Positions 1 to 10,366 of a stretch of DNA of 64,000 nucleotides are shown here, in pieces (position 1 is the first letter of the stretch; each line of letters starts with the position of its first letter). A program made the translations under genes and the position numbers. Origin of the DNA: Candidatus Poribacteria bacterium (lineage in GTDB: Bacteria; Poribacteria; WGA-4E; PCPOR2b); assembly GCA_965116925.1 (NCBI GenBank), contig OZ220744.1:192001-256000 (forward strand), read 5' to 3'. Under the pieces are notes generated by a model. That model worked only from the letters and a program-made list of their open reading frames with translations, was not told the origin of the DNA and did not search any database.

Positions 1-416
1 AGCGTAGAATCAATGGTTTCACGGAGAGCCAACCGCTGGTGTATCCCTTGTAACACGCTGAAACCTGCATCAACACCCGCTTCAACCGGATACTCTCGCA
101 AAATCTGCGCACAAAATGCGTGAATTGTGGAAATCTGCGCGGAGAGCATTCCTGTCTTGATGCTTTCTAACTGTGCGTTGCGCGGATCTTCCTTTAATCT
201 TATGTTGACCTCGTTGACGATGCGTTGTTTGAGTTCCGCCGCAGCTTTCTCGGTAAACGTGATTGCGACAACCTGATTGGGAGGCAAATTTTCTTCAAGC
301 AAAATCTTAAGGTATCGGTGGACCAATACCGCTGTTTTTCCAGATCCGGCACCGGCGGTCACGCTGATGTAGCGATTGAGATCATGCGCTTTTTTCTGAT
401 TCCGTGTAAATTCCAC
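1..416 (-). CDS. UvrD/AddA-family ATP-dependent helicase(-nuclease), N-terminal part, runs off the window start
   Basis: Hand translation from GTG at 416 (AGGAG RBS at 427-431): Walker A 'AGAGSGKT', 'VVAITFTEKAAAELKQRI', 'ISTIHAFC'; not in the ORF track. Confidence 0.9.
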   Translation of the reverse strand, partial: MEFTRNQKKAHDLNRYISVTAGAGSGKTAVLVHRYLKILLEENLPPNQVVAITFTEKAAAELKQRIVNEVNIRLKEDPRNAQLESIKTGMLSAQISTIHAFCAQILREYPVEAGVDAGFSVLQGIHQRLALRETIDST

Positions 417-431
417 GATGCGGTAACTCCT

Positions 432-528
432 AAAAAAAAGGGCGATAGCACAAACAGCAGACCGTGATGCGGGTTTCAATCTTGTCTTGTCGCGAGGTAT
501 GGGTCTGTTCGTCTGTAAGCTATCGCCC
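432..528 (-). terminator. Long-stem hairpin followed by U8, likely intrinsic terminator
   Basis: GGGCGATAGC (440-449) / GCTATCGCCC (519-528) perfect inverted repeat, inner CAGACC/GGTCTG pairing, A8 at 432-439 (U8 on minus strand). Confidence 0.65.
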
Positions 529-535
529 GATTTGT

Positions 536-673
536 CTAATACGTTTTTTTCGCTCGCTTTTCTTGTTTAGCGAGCTTCTTTTCTTTGCGTCCTTTTTTGG
601 TCGCTGTCTTTTTGACAACACCTTTGCTTGAGCTATCTAGGGATTTACTGCCTTTTCCGCGATTACCTCTCAT
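536..673 (-). CDS. Small Lys/Arg-rich protein (45 aa)
   Basis: MRGNRGKGSKSLDSSSKGVVKKTATKKGRKEKKLAKQEKRAKKTY*, AGGAG RBS upstream, terminator just downstream. Confidence 0.7.
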   Translation of the reverse strand: MRGNRGKGSKSLDSSSKGVVKKTATKKGRKEKKLAKQEKRAKKTY

Positions 674-949
674 TTTTCTTTCTCCTATTCTATTGTTCTG
701 TCATTAGCCGACAAATTAGAATGCAAGGCAACCGGCCCTCACCTCACAAGCCTATTCCAGAACAACTGTTTTCGAGATTCTGCGGTTACTTGAAACATGA
801 TGGATTCAAACACAATCTGAGTCCAACTATAACTTGGTTTTTTTGATCTGTATCCTCTAAATGGACCGGTATGCCTGCGATGTGCGAGGCGATTATGTAA
901 AACCTACTTTTAACAAAAAAGTTTAATCTGTCTTCAAGAAACTATTGGG

Positions 950-958
950 ATTATAGCA
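950..958 (-). promoter_or_regulatory. Extended -10 promoter element (TGcTATAAT)
   Basis: Minus strand reads TATGCTATAAT, upstream of the small basic ORF. Confidence 0.45.
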
Positions 959-1023
959 TAAAAACGGACAGATTAAAAGTAAAAATTCGTTAGAATGTTT
1001 CCGCCACAAAAATCGCCTTGACG

Positions 1024-3045
<2,022 letters not shown>

Positions 3046-3050
3046 TTATA

Positions 3051-4103
3051 TCATAGAAGGAATTCTACGTTGAAAAGTTGCCAGAAAACTATTTTCCATA
3101 CCAAATCCTCTTTGCGAAAATCTATTAGACAATCAACGAGAATCTCTCTTCTGTCGGGTCGCGGACCCTCTTCGCTGATAATGTGTAAAGTAAAGCGCGC
3201 GGACGCCTGCCGTGAATTAGTCACATCTACTTGAATTTTATTAAACTGAAATTGGAGCGCGTCATACTTTTCAAAGACTATGATAATCGTTTGACTAACG
3301 TCGTCGAATTTTGCGGGAATAACGCCTGTTGCTAAACCAAGGAGGGTGATGGGATCATCTGCTGCAAGGTACGATTCCGAAAAGAGATCTTGGATTGTCT
3401 TCAATTTACCTGTATCCAACGATTCAATTAGTGCTGAAAAGCGCTCCAAGAACTGAATAATCTCCATTTGTGGATCCGTTGCGGGCACAAGTCGAATGTT
3501 CAATCCAACGCGGCCAGTCCTCAGTTGAAAGTTTTCTGTTTGGGGCTGATAATCAGTCGCAATAATCATTAAACTAAGATTCTCCGAATAGGGAACCCCT
3601 ATAAAATTGTATTTGCCGTTTGCGTCAGTGATCATTGTCTCATCTAATAGCTTGACAGTCGCGCCCTGAATCGGGTTCTGTGTTGTGCCATCGGTAATAA
3701 CACCTGAAACCGCTCCAAACTTCGGATCCAGAGAGATATTTAATTGTACCTGTTCAGCTTTAAGCTTAAATGGCTGCATTTTAGGTTGGTGATCAACGCC
3801 CATGACGGTTAACTTGTGGTTATCCGAATAACGGATCTCCGCGAAACCATAACTGCCATCTACTCCAGTCTGCACTGTTTGGTCTAACAGGCTGACGGTT
3901 ACCCCCTGAATTGGGTTTCCCGTCTTGGCGTCAGTGATAATTCCCGATACCATTCCAGATCGCGAATCTTCTTCCAAATCTAGTGTCTGGTCAGATTCTT
4001 CTCCAGCTCCAACGGAAGGAGAGGACGAATCTTCACCGCAGCCAAAACCGGTAACTACCCAAATCAGAATAAGAAAAAAACATAGATTGATCTGAATTTT
4101 CAT
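3051..4103 (-). CDS. Putative lipoprotein with two carboxypeptidase-regulatory-like (beta-sandwich) repeats and a C-terminal NTF2-like region
   Basis: Lipobox-like GFGC; duplicated 'VSGxITDxxTxNPIQGxTVxLLD' segments. Confidence 0.65.
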   Translation of the reverse strand: MKIQINLCFFLILIWVVTGFGCGEDSSSPSVGAGEESDQTLDLEEDSRSGMVSGIITDAKTGNPIQGVTVSLLDQTVQTGVDGSYGFAEIRYSDNHKLTVMGVDHQPKMQPFKLKAEQVQLNISLDPKFGAVSGVITDGTTQNPIQGATVKLLDETMITDANGKYNFIGVPYSENLSLMIIATDYQPQTENFQLRTGRVGLNIRLVPATDPQMEIIQFLERFSALIESLDTGKLKTIQDLFSESYLAADDPITLLGLATGVIPAKFDDVSQTIIIVFEKYDALQFQFNKIQVDVTNSRQASARFTLHIISEEGPRPDRREILVDCLIDFRKEDLVWKIVFWQLFNVEFLL

Positions 4104-4190
4104 TCCATTTACCTCCGTTTGATGCACGTAATAGCGTGAATCATGCCGAAAATAGTACGCGGAATTAACGCATGTTTTACGACCCGCCCA

Positions 4191-5063
4191 TCACGGAATC
4201 ACTTTGCTCAAAGGGTATTCAATGATATCTTCTGCGCCCACACCCCTAAGCTCTGGGATAAAGTCTCGGACAATATGCTCATCGACAATCGTTTCGACAG
4301 CATACCACCCATTTTGGCTCAGTTGGGAAATCGTTGGATTTCTCATCGCCGGCAAAATAGCGAGTAAGGACTGTAAGTTTTCCTTGGCAATGTTCATCTT
4401 GAGTCCGACCTTGTTTTGGGCCGCCAATGCTCCAGAAAGGAGTATATACAAACTTTCCGCCTTATGGCGTTTCCATTCATCCGTCCAACTCTCCTTATTG
4501 GCGATCAACATCGTTACAGATTCAATGACAACATCAACAATTCTTAACTGGTTGGCGCGCAAGGTGCTGCCAGTCTCCGTAATATCTACAATTGCATCGC
4601 AGAGATGAGGAACCTTCGCCTCCGTTGCGCCGTGTGAAAATTTGACAGTCGCATTGACACCATTATCCTTGAGGTATGATTTTGTCGCTTCAACCAATTC
4701 GGTAAAGATGACTTTCCCTTCCAGATCTGCGACAGACTGAATCGGGGAATCTTCTGCAACCGCCAGCACCCACCGCGCCGGCTGCGTGGTCATCTTGCCG
4801 TAGGTCAGCGATGCGACTTCTAGCACATCAACGTTGCATTCGCGGACCCAATCTCGCCCTGCCAACCCTACATCAATGACACCGCGTTCCACGTAAAGTG
4901 CCATCTCCTGTGGGCGCAGCAGCATCGCCTCAATCTCGTCGTCATCGATGGGCGGATAGTATGACCTGCCGCTGATTGTAATTGTGTAGCCCGCTTGTTT
5001 GAAAAGGTCAACGGTGAATTCCTGTAGTGATCCTTTAGGAATACCTAATTTGAGTTTATTCAT
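4191..5063 (-). CDS. hisG: ATP phosphoribosyltransferase, long form
   Basis: LKLGIPKGSL, GATEAK, DITETGSTLRAN, C-terminal regulatory domain. Confidence 0.95.
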   Translation of the reverse strand: MNKLKLGIPKGSLQEFTVDLFKQAGYTITISGRSYYPPIDDDEIEAMLLRPQEMALYVERGVIDVGLAGRDWVRECNVDVLEVASLTYGKMTTQPARWVLAVAEDSPIQSVADLEGKVIFTELVEATKSYLKDNGVNATVKFSHGATEAKVPHLCDAIVDITETGSTLRANQLRIVDVVIESVTMLIANKESWTDEWKRHKAESLYILLSGALAAQNKVGLKMNIAKENLQSLLAILPAMRNPTISQLSQNGWYAVETIVDEHIVRDFIPELRGVGAEDIIEYPLSKVIP

Positions 5064-5113
5064 CAGTTTGTATGTCCTGCCTCCAAGTTTTTTCGATTGC
5101 TTCACTCTAACAC

Positions 5114-5333
5114 TATGGTGAATTCTAAAAATAAATGGACACTTTCGCTCCCCGGTAGGTGCGGTTTTATGAAGTTTAAGTACTTAAATCGGTAATCCCG
5201 ATTTGCCTCCAAACATACGGTAGGCGCGGTTTTCCCCCGCGCTGGTGTCGCTAGCAAATTACCGAACTGTTTTTTTTATCTTCATACAACCGCACCGGTT
5301 TGGAGTATCTCATTAATTCTAAGGTCCCCTATA
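5114..5333 (+). mobile_element. MITE family 1 copy (TATAGTG-type ends) containing a nested insert
   Basis: Matches copies at 35080, 59111, 63250: TATRGTGAATTC.AAAAATAAAT ... CATTAATTCTAAG...CTATA. Confidence 0.8.
5168..5286. mobile_element. Nested miniature element with TATGAAG...CTTCATA ends
   Basis: Splits the GTAGGTGCGGTTT/CAACCGCACC hairpin of the host; inner IR TCGGTAAT/ATTACCGA; carries its own GTAG hairpin at 5220-5243. Confidence 0.7.
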
Positions 5334-5970
5334 AATCCAACTCTCATCGTTACAGAAATCGCTTCGTAATGGAACCCCTTTTGCTGTACTTTCTTCACTC
5401 CGTTCAAGGGTAAGCTACGGGCAGGCTCCAGTCGTTCTTTCTATGCGGTCTGTAACACGATAATCGAGAGTTAGTCTAAAGTTGTATAATACCATACTCG
5501 ATCTGTATTGTCAAAAGTGAAAGAAAAAGGCAGGGGATTTAATTCTTCTGTAGGTGTTTGCATCCCGATTTATCAGGAAGGGATCTCCGAATCCCGACCA
5601 ACTCTCTGTCGGGGCGATTCCCCGTTTACGACTTTTCAAACAAAATGGTTAAAAAGCCGAAAATTATATAGGACTTACGCAGTTGAGTGCTCAAAATCCT
5701 TCTGCAATCAACAATAAGAATCCCAACGATAAAATGTAATTGTTTGTAACTGTTTGTAATGCGAATGGAGGTCTATGACAAAACGTTTCATGCTGAAATA
5801 GGGACAATTTTCCCATTTGCGCGGGAAAAATGGGAAAATTTCATTTGCGCGGGTGAAACGTAACCTTTTTAATCTCGCTCATGCAACCTTTATCTGCGAG
5901 ATCTGCGCCCGTCTCTACTCTTAGATCAGCGAAATATATAACAAAAATCCCCGGTTAGAACGCAAGCATC

Positions 5971-6000
5971 TTGACAGGTTGAGACAGATCGGGTTAAAAT
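5971..6000 (+). promoter_or_regulatory. sigma70-type promoter for glcB
   Basis: TTGACA-N18-TAAAAT. Confidence 0.6.
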
Positions 6001-6074
6001 AAAAATCAGATGCAGAAATCGTCAAAAATTGATTGTCTCAGAAAGTCCTAAAACGTGGAGGTATAGAAAAAATA

Positions 6075-8255
6075 ATGGCAAATAGAATTGAAGTGGGTCA
6101 GCTCAAAATTGATGAGGGCTTGTATCGTCTGGTACAAGACGAGATCGCACCCGGCACAGATGTGGAAGCGGATACCTTTTGGAAATCACTCGGTGAAATT
6201 GTTGCCGACCTCGCACCCAAAAACCGTGCTCTTCTAAACAAACGAGACGCATTGCAGCAACGGATCGACGAATGGTATTTATCTACAAAAGGCGAACCGG
6301 TTGAACCAAATGAGTATGAGGAATTTCTAGTGGAGATTGGTTACCTCCTCCCTGAAGGTGGAGATTTCCAAGCGACCACGGCGAATGTAGACCCTGAAAT
6401 TGCGACGGTCTCCGGTCCCCAACTGGTGGTGCCGGTGGATAACGCCCGTTACGCGCTGAATGCCGCCAATGCCCGTTGGGGCAGTCTGTACGATGCGCTG
6501 TACGGCACGTATCTGCTTTCGGAAGAAGGGCGTGGGCAAAAAGATGCGGGTTACAACCCTGAGCGCGGCGCGGCCGTCATCGCCCAAGTGGAAGCGTTTC
6601 TAGATGAGATCGTAGGGCTTGAACAGGGACGGTTCTCAGAAGTCACGCAATTCTCACTCAAAGATGTTGGTGGAACCAACCAATTGGTTGTAAGGCTTAG
6701 CGATGGCAGCGAAGTGAAGTTAGCTGACCCCAGTAAATTTGCCGGGTTTAATCAAAAAGATGGTGAACTGTCTAGTGTGTTGCTGAAAAATAATCAATTA
6801 CACATTGAGATCCAAATTGACCGCGATCATATTGTTGGAAAAGACCATCCTGCAGGCGTAAAAGATGTGGTGCTTGAGTCAGCTGTCACTACAATTCAAG
6901 ACTGCGAAGATTCTGTCTCCGCTGTTGATGCTGAAGACAAGACAAAGGTTTACAGCAACTGGAACGGCATCATGCAAGGAACGCTGGAAGCGACCTTTGA
7001 GAAGGACGGACAGCAGATGACCCGCAGGCTAGATGCAGATAAAACCTTTAGGGCACCAGATGGGACAACACTAACGCTTCCAGGGAGAAGTCTCCTGCTA
7101 ATTCGGAACGTTGGGATTCACATGTACACCGATGCGGTCACCACGGCAGATGATCAGGAAATTCCCGAAGGCTTCCTTGATGCGATGGTCACATCGCTGG
7201 CAGCGATACATGACCTCAAAAGAAATGGGGAGTACGTCAATAGCCAGACGGGAAGCGTCTATATCGTCAAACCCAAACTCCACGGTCCTGAAGAAGCTGC
7301 GGCAACAATCGAACTATTTGAACGGGTAGAACGCGCACTTGGGCTTGAACGAAATACGCTGAAGATTGGGATTATGGATGAGGAGCGTCGAACCACTATT
7401 AATTTGAAAGAAGCCATCCGTGCAGCGAGAGAACGGGTCGTGTTCATCAATACTGGCTTCCTAGATCGGACAGGTGATGAAATACACACTAGCATGGAAG
7501 CCGGACCGATGATACCCAAGCCTGACATCAAAAACGAACCGTGGATGCTTGCTTATGAAGATTGGAATGTAGATATCGGCATTGAGACCGGACTCCCCGG
7601 TAGGGCACAGATTGGTAAAGGGATGTGGGCGATGCCAGATGAGATGGCAGCTATGATGGAAACGAAAATAGCTCATCCGCAAGCCGGTGCGACGACCGCT
7701 TGGGTGCCTTCGCCAAGAGCTGCCACACTCCACGCCCTACATTACCATCAGGTCAACGTCAAAAACAGACACGCAGAACTTGCGAGTCGGGAACGCGCCA
7801 GCTTGTCGGCTATCCTGACCCCCCCCTTATCGAAGGGAGAATTCGGTGAAGAGGAAATCCAGCAGGAACTGGATAATAATGCCCAAGGAATACTAGGCTA
7901 TGTGGTACGCTGGGTTGATCAGGGAATTGGCTGCTCGAAGGTGCCAGACATCCACGACGTTGGATTGATGGAAGACCGAGCAACGTTGCGTATATCGAGT
8001 CAGCACATTGCCAACTGGCTACATCACGGTATTGTGACGCGGGAACAGGTCATAGAAACCTTTGAGCGGATGGCAGCTATTGTTGATAAACAGAATGAGG
8101 GAGATGCCAACTACCGAAACATGGCACCCGAATTTGACAAAAGCATCGCCTTTCAAGCAGCACTTGATCTGGTCTTTAAGGGCGGGACGGTCCCCAACGG
8201 CTATACTGAACCTGTGCTGCACACTCGTCGGAGAGAGGTCAAAGCGACGCAATAA
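6075..8255 (+). CDS. glcB: Malate synthase G
   Basis: [54 protein letters not shown]. Confidence 0.97.
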   Translation: MANRIEVGQLKIDEGLYRLVQDEIAPGTDVEADTFWKSLGEIVADLAPKNRALLNKRDALQQRIDEWYLSTKGEPVEPNEYEEFLVEIGYLLPEGGDFQATTANVDPEIATVSGPQLVVPVDNARYALNAANARWGSLYDALYGTYLLSEEGRGQKDAGYNPERGAAVIAQVEAFLDEIVGLEQGRFSEVTQFSLKDVGGTNQLVVRLSDGSEVKLADPSKFAGFNQKDGELSSVLLKNNQLHIEIQIDRDHIVGKDHPAGVKDVVLESAVTTIQDCEDSVSAVDAEDKTKVYSNWNGIMQGTLEATFEKDGQQMTRRLDADKTFRAPDGTTLTLPGRSLLLIRNVGIHMYTDAVTTADDQEIPEGFLDAMVTSLAAIHDLKRNGEYVNSQTGSVYIVKPKLHGPEEAAATIELFERVERALGLERNTLKIGIMDEERRTTINLKEAIRAARERVVFINTGFLDRTGDEIHTSMEAGPMIPKPDIKNEPWMLAYEDWNVDIGIETGLPGRAQIGKGMWAMPDEMAAMMETKIAHPQAGATTAWVPSPRAATLHALHYHQVNVKNRHAELASRERASLSAILTPPLSKGEFGEEEIQQELDNNAQGILGYVVRWVDQGIGCSKVPDIHDVGLMEDRATLRISSQHIANWLHHGIVTREQVIETFERMAAIVDKQNEGDANYRNMAPEFDKSIAFQAALDLVFKGGTVPNGYTEPVLHTRRREVKATQ

Positions 8256-8277
8256 TGCGTCGCTTTGACTGACTGAA

Positions 8278-9123
8278 TTAAACCCGCACAAACTTCTGGA
8301 ACCGTTTTTCCGCGATGACCTCACTGATATAGACATCGCCGCGGGAATCAATCCATATACCGTGTGGCGAATTGCTGAACTGTCCAGCCTGTTCGCCTTT
8401 CTCGCCCCATTGGGTGATAATCTCACCGTCAAGCGTCATGACAGTGATGCGCTGTCCACCCTCTGCGATATGAATCACATCATCCGAGTCGATGAACAGA
8501 TCATTGGGAGAACGAAGGTCGCCCCACTCCGTCAGATATTCTCCGCTGGAATCGAAAATCTGACACCGTAGGTTTCCACGATCTAAGATGTAAACCCGGT
8601 CATTTTTGTCCACCGTCACATCGTGCGGTAGGTTAAACTCGCCGGGGCCCGCCCCCGGTGCCCCCCACGAAGTGATAACTTCGCCATCAAGCGTCATACG
8701 GTGAACCCGCGATTGCCCGTAGCCGTCCGAAATGTACATTTCGCCGGACTGAGATAAGACCGCACGGGTCGGCTGATTAAATGGCTGCCCTGGTGGACCC
8801 GGTTCATCCACAGTGCCCCACGTTTGTAAAAGTTCTCCAGAAAGCGAAAACCTCCGAACTGTGTGATCTTCGGTGTCTGTGGTGTAGATTTCGTCATCGG
8901 GACTTATCCAAATCCCGTGCGGTGCTTTGAAGATATTTTCGCCCCAAGAACCAATGAACCGACCCTCTCGCTCAAAAACAAGCATGGCAGGGTTAGGACT
9001 CCGATTGAACACATAGACACGGTCTTGGGAGTCACAAGCGACAGCGGAGGCTAGTCCTAACTGCGGTATCTGCCCCCAACCTTCTACAACTTCGTATCGA
9101 TAATCACCACTTCCATAAACCAT
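8278..9123 (-). CDS. NHL-repeat beta-propeller protein (PAL-like family)
   Basis: Repeated PHGIWI / PHDVTV / YISDGYG NHL units. Confidence 0.85.
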   Translation of the reverse strand: MVYGSGDYRYEVVEGWGQIPQLGLASAVACDSQDRVYVFNRSPNPAMLVFEREGRFIGSWGENIFKAPHGIWISPDDEIYTTDTEDHTVRRFSLSGELLQTWGTVDEPGPPGQPFNQPTRAVLSQSGEMYISDGYGQSRVHRMTLDGEVITSWGAPGAGPGEFNLPHDVTVDKNDRVYILDRGNLRCQIFDSSGEYLTEWGDLRSPNDLFIDSDDVIHIAEGGQRITVMTLDGEIITQWGEKGEQAGQFSNSPHGIWIDSRGDVYISEVIAEKRFQKFVRV

Positions 9124-9156
9124 ACTGATTGTCCCTCCTCATAATGAACCAATGAA

Positions 9157-9969
9157 CTAATGAACTATTGAACCTCTGACCGTTTCACACTTAACCTCGC
9201 CAGCATTAACCCCCAACCCCCGGCGATACGCTTCTAACGACACGAGATCAGCGGGTGCGACGTTGCCTAAGTTGACCTCTCGACCATATCGATCGATCAA
9301 TTGGCGACGAAGGTGATGAATGCCATGTGCAGTCACCCCAGCGATCCACGGCCCGGGCAACTCAAACATCACGTTCTCCAACCCGACCAGTTCCACAACT
9401 GCCTCAACGGCCTGTGCCGTGTCAACGTCTTCGCTGACCAACTCAGCAGCCTCTAAAAGTACAAGTGTTGCGCCAGCGTCGAGGCACCCCTGTGCATCGT
9501 CAGGAAAGGGGATTTCGCTTGCAAGCCCCTCCTTCTTCCCGACCTCACCCATAACCTGCAAACCGTGTTCATCGACCGCTTGACGAATCATCTTCCGCTT
9601 CCACTCAACCGAAACGGCTCCTAGGTTATCCGATACCTCAACCCAGCGATAACCCGCCTCAACGATCGCAGGAAAGTAGAGATCCGCCTTCCCGGACACC
9701 TCTGCGTATTCGAGAAACATACCTCCCGCAAATGGCTCAATCCGGTGTTCCCGATACTTTTTCAACTTCCCTGCCAGTAGGTCATTTGACAACAGGCGGG
9801 AGATACCGACGGCGATTTTTGCGAAGTCAAAGTGATCTGCCCCAGTCTCGATCAGGTCCGCCTGTTCGTGCATTCCAATGCCCCAATCGATAACCATCGT
9901 CAGGCCACAATCTCTCGGTTTCCCTTGTCGCTCAATTCCATCAATCCCTTCAAAGAAATGTGGACTCAT
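9157..9969 (-). CDS. Phosphosulfolactate synthase (ComA)-like protein
   Basis: KPRxxGLTMVIDxG, GGMFLE, VEVSD, EVGKK, EVNLGNV, LEAYRRG. Confidence 0.8.
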   Translation of the reverse strand: MSPHFFEGIDGIERQGKPRDCGLTMVIDWGIGMHEQADLIETGADHFDFAKIAVGISRLLSNDLLAGKLKKYREHRIEPFAGGMFLEYAEVSGKADLYFPAIVEAGYRWVEVSDNLGAVSVEWKRKMIRQAVDEHGLQVMGEVGKKEGLASEIPFPDDAQGCLDAGATLVLLEAAELVSEDVDTAQAVEAVVELVGLENVMFELPGPWIAGVTAHGIHHLRRQLIDRYGREVNLGNVAPADLVSLEAYRRGLGVNAGEVKCETVRGSIVH

Positions 9970-10012
9970 TTGCCTTATCCTCCGTTACACCTAAAAACTT
10001 GGGACTAAGCCC

Positions 10013-10113
10013 GTAGGTTGGGTTGAACGCAACCGATGAAAAACACCTACCATCACGCAACGATTACGGGACGTGATTCCGGTTCCAATCCCACAAGTTC
10101 AGTGAACCCCAAC
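10013..10113 (+). repeat. 101-nt split-REP element, copy 1
   Basis: GTAGGTTGGGTTGAAC ... AGTGAACCCCAAC; copies at 21501 and 53475. Confidence 0.8.
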
Positions 10114-10125
10114 TCTTATAGGATT

Positions 10126-10257
10126 CGCTCATGTTAAGATTTAGTGCAAAGAAACCGAATATTCGTAGGGGTTGGGTCCCCCAACCCTTACGGCGGGCGG
10201 GGAGACCCCGCCCCTACGATTTCGCTTCGTGTTTTGCACTTTCTTTTTACATGAGCC
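10126..10257 (-). mobile_element. MITE family 3 (GGCTCATGT ends) carrying an inverted pair of GTAG-REP hairpins
   Basis: GCTCATGTTAA...TTACATGAGCC; flanks ATAGGATT/ATAGGACT (8-bp duplication, 1 mismatch). Confidence 0.75.
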
Positions 10258-10258
10258 A

Positions 10259-10360
10259 TAGGACTTACGCAGCGCGTTCATAAGTCCCCCTGATAAGGGG
10301 GATTTAGGGGGTTAAAAATCAAAAATCTACCCCCTGTGTGCTAAATTTGCGTAAGTCCTG
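10259..10360. mobile_element. MITE family 2 (AGGACTTACGCA...TGCGTAAGTCCT)
   Basis: 12-bp perfect TIR; internal CCCCCTGATAAGGGGGATTTAGGGGG shared with the 59221 copy. Confidence 0.8.
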
Positions 10361-10366
10361 AATAAC

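Noticed and set aside
225..846. Plus-strand ORFs 225-467 and 628-846
   Set aside because: Antisense to the helicase and the small basic ORF, which have RBS and motif support
5680..5700. GAGTGCT, half of a CIRCE-like site
   Set aside because: No matching TTAGCACTC arm; lies next to a MITE end and not near chaperone genes
5799..5825. TAGGGACAAT..CATTTGCG similarity to 35239-35263 (reverse)
   Set aside because: Spacing differs and only two instances; cannot be separated from chance or repeat debris
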